From contig JASCQW010000190.1 in assembly GCA_030264375.1 (NCBI GenBank), positions 25,568,497-25,632,496 on the forward strand: a DNA stretch of 64,000 nucleotides, read 5' to 3'. A program made the translations under genes and the position numbers. Source of the stretch: Carcharhinus longimanus (Eukaryota). Positions 50,149 to 61,025 of the stretch are shown piece by piece. Numbering within the stretch: position 1 is the stretch's first letter; each line of letters begins with the position of its first letter. The notes under the pieces were generated by a model. The model saw only the letters and a list, made by a program, of their open reading frames with translations, was not told where the DNA came from and did no database searches.

Positions 50149-52099
50149 ATTTGTAGCTTATCAGGCGAGTGCAATGGGCAGGACCTTTGCACTTACGTGG
50201 ACAATGACTTCATGCTGTCTGGCCAAATAACATGGCCAGTGTGAACCCTGCGCTGTGGGAGGTTCAGCACTGTGGGGGGAGATAATGTACCTCTTACGCC
50301 TCTTGACTCTTAAACCAAGTAAGGGTGGTTTTCACACGGCTCCCTGGCAACTGACAGCTGCGGTGGAGATGCCATAGGGAACCGCAGTGTCGTTACAAGG
50401 ATGTTTCCACACAAAATGTGGATGAGTGGTGTAAGAGGAAAACAAAACACAGGCGTCATATCAGATGTTCAGTAATATAGCTAAATCCACTGGATCAGAC
50501 ACAGGGATTAGTCATTTTAAAACAGAAGAGTTTTTTTAAAAATCAAGGCACCAAGTGTTGAAACCACTTGGACTTCATTCCTGTCCTAATAATCATATCC
50601 CGATAGAGCTAGGCTGAATAGTAAACCGCAGGCAAATTCCAAATCAGGGGCTGTGAATTTACCTCATCCCTTAACATATATCTGTCAGGATATCAATCCC
50701 AAATCTCAATGTTCCTACAACGGAAAAGCAACAGCTTAAATTGTGTTGGATGTGACAAAATCACTGTTGCCTATAAATTACTCAACTGCTTTCTCAAATC
50801 TGGATAGTTTCATTGACCTTTTGTAAGCTTCCTGTTAATTTTTCTCTTGTATAACCAGTTATTTATTTTCTCTAAGAATTATAACAGAAACAAGAGCAGA
50901 AGGAGGTGTGATGGCTCTATATGAGTTTGTGAGGCACTCTGGTATGGAGGATACTTGTTCACCCATGGTTGCTTGCACAGTGAATTCATTGCAATAAATC
51001 AATAATGTCAACAGCAGTTTTGTTTACATTCATCTCTTTCAGGATATGGTTATTTGGCCAGGAATGGGGTCAAAATGATTTGAACACTTGGTGCCTTTTT
51101 TTTCCAAAAAAAAATCTCTTTTGTTTTAAAATGACTAACCTTTGCGTCTAATCCTGTGAATTTATCTATATTACTGAACATCGGAGGTCCTCTTAAGGTC
51201 CACTGTCTGTCTGAAGATTAAAACAGCGGAGCTCCAGAGGTATTGCTGACTTCACCTGCATCGTTTATCATTGTAGCTAAGAAAGGTTACATTTTCATAA
51301 TAGCTGCAGCTCAGAATTTTAATTCAAGGCTTTGTCCAAAGCCTCCTTACTTGTTGCAGTCCTCAGACAGTCTGCCTACTGTACGCAATTCACGTGTCAC
51401 AGTAGTCTAAAGAAGGCAATTTTCATTTCTGTATTTAGAGCAACAAAAATGTTTCAGTGCAGATGTAGTAATTATGTGTCCATCATACATTCCATAAAGA
51501 ATAATCAATTACCTGTTGCAATTTTCAATCTTACAGCATTTTCAGAATTGGAATCTGTAATTTGTATAAATGTTAAACATTAATAAAGTACAGGTATTGT
51601 TGTAATGGAGGCAGGCAATTTTGTCTTCTCTCACAGTTCCGGATCTGCTCATCATTAACTTTTATGTCCCTGATATCAATAGTCGGCAAGACGCCTATTT
51701 TTTGCAACTCTTTGGTTCAGTGTTCATGCACGTAGGACTTCAGAGTACATTCAAGGATAGTGCCTAGGCAAATTTATTAGTCCAAATCTATCCATGATAC
51801 TGCCCTGTCACTCATAGTATCCCTGTGCCATGCTGATGTCCAATCTCTGAGCAAAAGTAAAGGTGGATTGACATCTCAGCAACTCAATTCCTTGACCATT
51901 TTTGCAGAAGCCTTAAAGAAGGGTTGGTAACATTGATCACCTGATGACAGGGGCAGCTTTCAGCTTCAGCAGATGATTGCTGTAGTCATTGGGTCTTTCA
52001 TGGCATGGCAACAAATCTGGCATACTGACCCATGATGTTGAAAGCACGCAGTCTTGCCTGGAATAGGATTTCCAACACTGCTTCATGGTTGTCACATCA

Positions 52100-52408
52100 T
52101 CATAAAATCTCTACAGTACACAAGGAGACCATTCAGCCCATCGAGGCTGCGCTGACCATAATCCCTATCCCTGTCACCTCACATATTTACCCTGCTAATT
52201 CCCCTGATACAAATAAGGGGTAATTTTTTTTTAGAATGGCCGACCCACCTGACCCACACATCTTTGGAGCATGGGAGGAAACCAGAGCACCCGGCGGAAA
52301 CCCACACAGACACGGGGAGAATGTGCAAACTCCACACCAGTCATCCGAGGCCAGAATTGAAGGCAGGTCTCTGACGCTGTGAGGCAGCAGTGCCAACAAG
52401 TGTGCCAC
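52100..52408 (-). mobile_element. HE1-type V-SINE
   Basis: CATAAAATCTCTACAGTACACAAGGAGACCATTCAGCCCATCGAG ... GAGGCAGCAGTGCCAAC. Confidence 0.85.
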
Positions 52409-53511
52409 TGTCTTCTATTTGCCCTATTCCTATGCCCGGGCCATTGGTCAGAAGATATAGTCCATCCTTCTGTCATATCTGCCTAGCGTGTCACATGATT
52501 ATGTGGTGACATCATCAGAGACATTAGGGAGATTTTCCCTCTCTTCCATCTTGGACAGTGAGCAAGAAACACCTAACTAATCAAGCTCCACAAACTGCTG
52601 AAGTAACTCATTGTGTTACTTAACCTTTTCATTCTAATATCTTTACTGATAAAGTGAACTGACCACTTTCAGAGATTTCAGCTTCAACTCTGCTTCATCT
52701 TGGTTACTAGAACGTTATTCACGTCTCTTTTTGAATAGTTGCTTCTCCTATAGCAAGTTGTCTCTTTCTCTCTCACTATGTTTGAGGACCCAACGCTGCA
52801 GTTCGCCACATGTGAACTGGTTTTTACACAGCCTGCTTCCTTATTTTCTTACTCTTGCTCATTTTTTAGAGGATAGACCAATAGGTTTCACTTTGAGACA
52901 AGTGCTGAACAAAGTTCCACTCAATAGGAAAAGGAAGCCCTGAGTATAGTTTTTGGAATCAAGAAAAACTGAAGCTAGCTTTCCCAAAGCTGTGGGGTGG
53001 TAACTATTTGCTGGATTTAGTTCATGGAGTTTAGAGTGTTGAATGTTGTCTGAGGAAAAAGGGACTTCTTTAGAGTTCAGGAAATGTAGGTAGTTGGGAA
53101 TAAGGGGTAACTTCATGAGATAATGTGTGAATCTAACCGTTATTGTAGTTAAGAGTCCTGTTGACATGTATTATGGTCTTTCTTATTGTATGTTTTTTTC
53201 TCAGTTAATAAATATTCTTTATTACTTGATCACAAGAAAACTGGACTAGTACTCACTGGCTTTGTGTATCTTTTCTCACATTATACCAAATCAGCAAGAG
53301 CCCATGTTCCGAATTATTCTTTTTTGGTTTTGGGATACCCTCGCATCTAACATCAGCAGAGTTCTGAATGGAATTGGAGGCTCTTTGGCAGGATTTTTGA
53401 AAAGCATAATTCACTGGTGTAGGAGAATTAGTGACTTGTAAACATAACGAGAATGAGGAAAGTGTTGAACTAAGTGAGGAGCTATGTGAGTTCCTATAAG
53501 GTGACTGCAAC

Positions 53512-54150
53512 ATGGCTTTTGCAATGGTTAAGACTTGTTTGGGAGTAGCCAATATAACCTTGGAAAACTTGCAAAGTGTACCTAAAGCTAAATTGATTGA
53601 ACTGGCAAACACGTTACAGTTGGGATTATCCATCGGGACTAAGAAAACTAAGGTAATTGAAAGAATATCAAAGTATTTAAACGTACTGGAATTGTCAGAT
53701 CAAGTATTTTGAAAAGTGAGATAATTGAATTGGCTAAAATTCAATTACATCGAAAAATAGAAACGAGGAAGTTTAAAATGGGGGAGAAAGGGAAAAAGAA
53801 AGATCTTTTCAAAGGGAAATAGAAATTGAAAAAAATAGCAATGGCAGGAAGGGAAAAGGAGGGAGAGAGAGGATTTCAATTTAAAATACTGGTAATTAAT
53901 GCAAAGACACTAGAACAGGTTGAGGAAGGAAATAGTTCTAGACATGGAGGAGATGTTTAGATTTTTACAGGCTCTTCCAACACTTAGGGAAAGGATGTGG
54001 AGGCATTTTTTTAAACTCATTTGAGAAAATAGAGAGGGAAATGAAGTGACCACAAGATATTTGGCCACTGGTCTTACAGAGTAAACTTACAGATAGGGCT
54101 AGCGAAGTCTATGCATCTTTGTCAGGGGAAAGGTCTGAGAAGAATGATGC
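53512..54150 (+). mobile_element. Gmr1-like Gypsy gag relic (probable LTR/leader upstream, ~52930-53420)
   Basis: LENLQSVPKAKLIELANTLQL...KKTKVIERI, then a charged coiled coil, then frameshifted RFLQALP..KDVEAFF..FEKI..MK*PQDIWPLVLQSKLTDRASEVYASLS. Confidence 0.75.
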
Positions 54151-54522
54151 AGTGAATTAGATAGTTGGTATCATTAAATTTTGAACATTGTATTTTAATG
54201 TTGAAATATATCAAAAAAGCAATGGCCCAAGCAATGACCATTAGATAACACCACTGTTTTCCACCCTCCAGCCTGAAGAACAGCAATCTACCATGACCCG
54301 CTGTGGCCCCTGCTTAACAGCCAGAAAGCAGACTTAACTACCCTGTCTCTGAAGCAATGGGTGAACTGCAGCCCGACACTGGGTCATGTGATGTGAGCAC
54401 GTTGTGATTAGGGGGTAATTTCAACTTAAGCTCCCTGACAATGAAAATGGAGCAGTTCCTGGGCACTGCCTAATTTCAACACCATTGGAGTCAATGAGGA
54501 GTAAAATCAGGCGTGTAAAATT

Positions 54523-54864
54523 ATCGAATCCCTCCTGTGATGATGGAGGCCATTCAGCCCATTGAGTCTGCACCAACTCTCCAACAAAGCATCCCACCCA
54601 GGCCCTATTCCTATGTCCCCACATACTTACCCTGCTAATCCCCCTAACCAATAAATATTTGGAGATTGAAGAGTAATTTAACATAGCCAATCCACTTGAC
54701 CCGCTTATCTTCAGACTGTGAGAGGAAACTGGAGCACCCAGAGGAAACGCATGCAGACACAAGGAGAACGTACAAACTCCACGCAGTCATCAAAGGCCAG
54801 AATTGACCCCATGTCCATGGAATTGTCAAGTAGCAATTCTAACCACTGTGCCGCTGTGCCACCC
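54523..54864 (-). mobile_element. HE1-type V-SINE
   Basis: GGAGGCCATTCAGCCCATTGAGTCTGCACC ... AACCACTGTGCCGCTGTGCCACCC. Confidence 0.85.
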
Positions 54865-56067
54865 AGTAAAATGGGCAACCAGCCCAATGGACAACCAACC
54901 CAAACCTGCCATTTTTAAGTTAGGTTATCATTAGCAAGAGTGGCCTCAGATCCTGAAGGATGAGACAGGTACATCACTATCATCGTTCAGCCTTTCTCTG
55001 AATCACGAGAATGACTTAGACAAATCAGACTAGTTATCCATCCATAAAACACACTCAGTATTAGGAAAGAGAAACAATGGCCGGAATTTTACTGACCCTC
55101 CCACTACAGGAATTGGAGCGGGCGAGGGATGGAGCATGGGAAGGTCCATTAACTTCGGGTAGGATTTTATGGTTTTGGGACGAACGGAGCTGTAGGATCC
55201 CACCCATCGAGAAAGTATCACACACTAAAACTGAGAAGTGAAAGGAACAGGATACTGGGGTGCAGTGAAATGCACGTCACCCATTTCACTCCCTCCACGT
55301 TTCACACTTCTTTCCAAATCATAAATCTAATTTCGCCCAAAATTTCAGTAAAAGAGTAACTTTATTGCGAGATTTCCCTTCAGCAGCTCAATTTCTGTCA
55401 CCGTTAACCTGTTTCGTGGTAGTTTTGAAACTCTTGTATTGTTAAATTAACATTGGGATTGTTTGTTCAGCAATATAAAGTGCTCTATCATTTGAATAAT
55501 CCAACAGAGCTTCTATTCAAAAGTCTTTTCAAAAGATCAAATCAATTAATTATAGATGCTTAATGGTGAGTCTAACCTGCTTGAAGTGAATAGTAAATGA
55601 CACAGAAAATTGATCATACTTTGGCTCTTTAGAAGTCAAGTATTGTGAAAACGGCATTTACGTCTGTCCGTTCAGGAAAAGAAAAATCATTAATAACATG
55701 ATCAGTGATGTGGAAAAAAAATCATTGTGTTCAGCGTTAGTCTCCGATGTATTTCTCTTCAAGCTACAGATAGGAGAGATGTCAAAAAGCAATTGGATGC
55801 ACATACATGTTGTACACTGATGTTTGTAGACGTGTAATCATTTTCAATAGACTGTAAATAGACTTCACATTCTGCTATTCATCCTTTCTTCCTCACTTGC
55901 TGTACTTGTTTGACATGGTTCACTACTCGATCCTCTTTGGCCCATCTCTCTACCACTGCATTCACTCAATCCCGGTTCTAGCTGTTCCAACATAACCAGA
56001 ACATCTCCAGTGATTTCTCCTCCTGCCCAATGTAGCTTCAGATTTAGCCTATGAAAATATGATAAAT

Positions 56068-56372
56068 CTGTAGCCCATTCTTAATTGCCCTTAAACTGAG
56101 TGGCTTTACTAGTCCATTTCAGAAAGCAGTTAAGAGCCAACCACATGTAGGCCAGACTAGGGAAAAGGGCAGATTTCCTTCCCCAAAGAACATTAGTGAA
56201 CCAGATGGGGCTTTACAGCAATTGATGATAGCTGCCATGGCTGATATCAGTTTTATAATTCCAAAATTATAATTAAATTTAAATTCCAGCAGCTGTCATG
56301 GTGGGGTTTGAACCCATGCCCCCTGAGCATTAGCTCGTGCCTTTGGATTACCACCATGCCATTGTCTCCCCC
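56068..56372 (-). mobile_element. Deu-domain SINE
   Basis: CACATGTAGGCCAGACTAGGG...GCAGATTTCCTTCCCCAAAGAACATTAGTGAACCAGATGG. Confidence 0.75.
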
Positions 56373-57875
56373 ACATGGTTGTGCTACGCCTTTTTGTTAT
56401 AACTCATTGGCTCGTGTTCTGCTTTCGAATGCTGGAAACACTAAGAGAAGGAACGTTCTTTGTGAAGGAACATTCCCAGCATCAGGGAAGTGGGTATGTA
56501 GGCGGGAGAAGGGCTTGGAAAATGACAACAGAAAAAAGGACCAGGTCCATTCCCAATGTGTCTCCATTTGTCTAATTTGTAGGAATTCTTGATCAAGGGT
56601 TAAAACTTTTCCTGCTGGCGGGATCATCCGGTCTGCCAGTGGTATCCACCCGCCACCAACCCCCCCCAACTCCAAACCCTGCCCCAACCTCCCCTGCTCT
56701 CCCTCGCATGGTGGACTCCCCAGAGACGGAGGCTATGAGCCATGGTAAAAACATTGATGCTAGCCAATGTCAGACTGCCTCGACAACCCACAAAATATAC
56801 CATAGTCGTAGGGGGTGAGGTGGGAAACCTTATCGAATATAAAAGTTAGATTTCATGCTATCATTTCCATCTCAGCTTCACTCATCATTCTTCATGAACA
56901 ATNNNNCATAATTAGAATTGTTTTGTGTGTTATAATGGAATGCAGCTTACAGGAAATGACCAATATTACAAAATACAAAATGACATAGTCAGGACCCAAG
57001 AAAGTGGGCCCCAACTTTAGCACGAGGTGCCTCAGATTGCGCACCAAGTGTGATGCATGTGGCTCTTAAGCTGAACATAATTCAAGTGTATTTCTGGGCA
57101 ATAAAAGCTGGCCTTGTAATTAATGCCTACATTTCATGACTGAGTTAAAAAAAAGAACTTGCCGTCTGTCACTTACAACTCTAACACTAACTCCATTGTG
57201 GACCTCCCCGGAGTCAGCAATCATTGAAGTCGGTCAGAATTTCAACCTTTCTACTCCCACCTCATTGTTCAAAACCCCATGAAGAATTGCATCTTGTTCA
57301 ATCAGGCGCAACTGGGCACAACACTGTGATTAATAACATTTGATGAATAACAACTGGCCCTGAAGAAAAATAATTGGAAGATCATGGAGTGCTGTTCACT
57401 GATTATTACTTTGATCTTTAAAGCTAAATTTTTAAGTTTTCAAAATTTGTTTTCAAGAATATTTTCACCCCATGGAGATGTGCCAACCTTTAATCTGGTT
57501 GATGTAAAATGTTATAAATGGATTGTGTTTTCCTGCTTTTTGTTTCTCTGTCGGGTTTCTATGAATTTGCTGCTTATGCAGTCCGATGCCACTGTTGCTG
57601 CTCTGTACTGGGCATACCCAATAAAGATGTTGTGATTGATTACAGGACCAATGCGTGGTGATGGAGATGATATCTCACCAGATAGATCACCCCAACTCTC
57701 AGTCAGACTTACTTCAAGGTAATGGCTAGGCCTTGCTTCACCACTGACCAGCAACTCCAGCCTATTACCAAATCCTTGAATTTTGTCCTCTTCTGGATCT
57801 GCTCAGTGCGCTCTACCCAGCGACGCACGTCCAGACTAACATCAGCTGTTGTTGGAGGATTGTCAACTCAGTGAG

Positions 57876-59416
57876 AAACCGCTGATTATTTTCAGCCCCC
57901 CCCCCATTAGACTGCCCCCACACTGCTTAAAGACATGAACATTCCAGGAACCCAGCCTCCAAGGNNNNNNNNNNNNNNNNNNNNNNNNNNNNNNNNNNNN
58001 NNNNNNNNNNNNNNNNNNNNNNNNNNNNNNNNNNNNNNNNNNNNNNNNNNNNNNNNNNNNNNNNTACACTCCTGAAATACCTACAGATTATATTTTCAGA
58101 AATCATAGACAGAACTGATGATCATTTCTCCTTCAATTTATACTGTAATATCATTGCTAATACTGCCCCCCACCAAACATTGCCTATTGTTAATGGGGTG
58201 TAACTGGATTTCTGATGATGTACACCAACTTAGAACTATTGCTGAACAACCTCTCTCACTGGTCTGCCCAAATCTTATTGGTCTTTCAGTGCAAGGCATT
58301 GGCCCCAACCGAGTGTTGCAGACTGATATATTCCAAAGCTCAAGACTACATGCTGAGGGATTGACTAAAGCTTGGAGCAGCCAACATAGAGGCACAATGG
58401 GAGAAGGTCACTCCAATCAGCCACAGTGATCTGAGGGAGGGTAGAATTGTACAGAAGCTCCTCGGGCTGTATGAATGTATAGAGTGAACATTATACATAT
58501 CACAACTGTATGGCAGCACACCAAGTGCAACCTAATGTATGTAGACCAATTAAAAACCTTTGCACTATTTGTAATGACCATTTGAAATGCCTGTAATGTT
58601 TCTTTGACTGCATTGAAGCAGCTCAGAGTGCAACATGATGTATGTAGAGAATATTATTGCACTGCGTGTGATGACCATTTTAAAATGTTTGTGACGTTCC
58701 TTCAGATGTTTTACAAATAAAGTATATTTTTGCAAAAAAAAACTTAACCACCAAGCAAGTCTTACCAGATGAAATCCAAACAATGTTTGTCGTTTGCAGC
58801 ATTCATTTTAGACATCCTCACCATAATGCGTTTGTTGTAAATGTCACCCACTTTTTGACGAGTGCCTGTGTGTCTCTCATATCAGAATCAGTGGCATCTG
58901 TAGCAGAGGCGTTATCAAAGGTTGGGCCAGCCTTCCAGCAGCAGGATTTCTGCTCAGTCCACCCCGGACCAGCAGCCTTTCAATGCATTTTGATCTCATT
59001 AGTTGCTATTTTTATGAATATTAATTTTGAGTTTATAATTTGAATCAAGAGAGTTCGTGGTTAATAATGACCCTATTTAAAAGTCATACTGGCTGCATCA
59101 TCAAACCACTGATTATTTTCAGCCCCCCACCATTAGACTGCCCCCGCACTGCTTAAAGATGTCAAAATTCCAAGAACCCAACCTCCGAGGGCCAGACCAG
59201 CCAGATTATTAAGGCAACTTGAACCGCAACGATGTCTGATAAATCCACCTGAACTTTGCAGCTGTAAGGATGGCAAAACTGTCAGTCACCCAGAAGAACA
59301 GAAACTGCTGTCACTGATACTCAATCCCTCCCCATGGGGTACACTCCTGAAATACCTACAGATTATATTTTCAGAAATCATAGACAGAACTGATGATCAT
59401 TTCTCCTTCAATTTAT
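57876..59416 (+). repeat. Local duplication (57876-58141 vs 59103-59416)
   Basis: CTGATTATTTTCAGCCCCCC...CATTAGACTGCCCCC is present twice, as is TACACTCCTGAAATACC...CAATTTAT. Both copies adjoin N gaps. Confidence 0.75.
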
Positions 59417-60590
59417 NNNNNNNNNNNNNNNNNNNNNNNNNNNNNNNNNNNNNNNNNNNNNNNNNNNNNNNNNNNNNNNNNNNNNNNNNNNNNNNNNNNN
59501 NNNNNNNNNNNNNNNNNNNNNNNNNNNNNNNNNNNNNNNNNNNNNNNNNNNNNNNNNNNNNNNNNNNNNNNNNNNNNNNNNNNNNNNNNNNNNNNNNNNN
59601 NNNNNNNNNNNNNNNNNNNNNNNNNNNNNNNNNNNNNNNNNNNNNNNNNNNNNNNNNNNNNNNNNNNNNNNNNNNNNNNNNNNNNNNNNNNNNNNNNNNN
59701 NNNNNNNNNNNNNNNNNNNNNNNNNNNNNNNNNNNNNNNNNNNNNNNNNNNNNNNNNNNNNNNNNNNNNNNNNNNNNNNNNNNNNNNNNNNNNNNNNNNN
59801 NNNNNNNNNNNNNNNNNNNNNNNNNNNNNNNNNNNNNNNNNNNNNNTTTTGATTTCATTCAGCAAAAAAATATAAAAAATGAATGATAATCAGTGCGTTT
59901 TACATCCTAGATTACTGTCTGTGAGAATGCTTCAATGTGCCTGACTGTTTATCCGGTTTAATAACATTAATGTTGCTGGAGATTCTCTCGACTTAATGCC
60001 AGGTTCAAATGAATAGACATCAGAGAGATCACATGATGTTTGTGGGCAACTTCTGCTGAGATCAGCAGCGAGCTTTGTCTCTTCACCACTGACCACTGGG
60101 CCCTGGTTTCATTCAACTCACTCCTCCTAATTCCTCGTGCCTTCAAGTTTCACAATCAGTGTTTGACAAAATTGTTTCTTGATAAGAAATACTAATGTTA
60201 AACCATTTTTTAACGGTATTGTCAAGGATGATTGGTAATTTTAATACCTAAGAAACGATTGGGTTGTTGAAATCATTGATTTTTGCATTGTGACCATCCA
60301 TGTCATTTCCAGGTTTAAAACAGGCACTTCTGGATGCTTGTGAGTGTACTACTTGTTGCAGTCAGGACTTCAGTGCAGGTGGGTGGATGATTAATGCAGT
60401 CATTAATCACTCGCTGGGATATTGATTAAATCTTTTTCAATGAAATTTCACTGACCTTTAAGTTTAACACCTGTCAAGCAGGCTTCCCAGGGCTCAGGAA
60501 ACACAACAGCTTAAGGGAGGTGAGAATAGCTGGGTGGATTGGACAAGTGCTATTTTAGCATTGCTTGTGGATCTGGAGAGTAAGAGTGTT

Positions 60591-60655
60591 CATGATGTGG
60601 GTATGCCGGCGTTGGACTGGCGTAAACACAGTAAAAAGTCTGACAACACCAGGTT
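60591..60655 (-). mobile_element. Penelope-like element 3' terminus fragment
   Basis: CATGATGTGGGTATGCCGGCGTTGGACTGGCGTAAACACAGTAAAAAGTCTGACAACACCAGGTT, the reverse complement of the 28700-28756 sequence. Confidence 0.7.
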
Positions 60656-60659
60656 TTCA

Positions 60660-61025
60660 GGGAACATAGAAAAGTTACAGCCCAAAAGGTGGCCAGTCAG
60701 CCTGGGGATGCCCAGGTGCTCTTTCTTATCCCACCTTCCTGCACACAACCCGTAGCCCTGTAGCTTACAGCACTTAAGGTGTATTTCCAGGTACTTTTTA
60801 AAAGAGTTTAGGATCCCTACCTACATCATCAACTAGGGCAGCAAATTCCAGACACCCACCAACCTTTGAGAAAAAAGTTCTTCTTCATGTCTCCTCCACA
60901 CCTCCTGCCACTTATCTTGAATCCATGTCCCCTGGTTCTAGAATTCTCCACCTAGGCAAACAAACATATCCTGTCCACTCTCGTTCATCCCCTCATAATT
61001 TTGTACACCTCTATCAAGTCTCCTG
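60660..61025 (-). mobile_element. CR1 LINE 3' fragment
   Basis: GAACATAGAAAAGTTACAGC tail, CAAATTCCAGACACCCACCA (VGVWN) and ATTTTGTACACCTCTATCAAG (LIEVYK). Confidence 0.75.

Noticed and set aside
28685-59875. Long ORFs of 150-400 aa in the ORF track
   Set aside because: They consist mostly of X from N gaps, and the flanks are SINE or LINE sequence.
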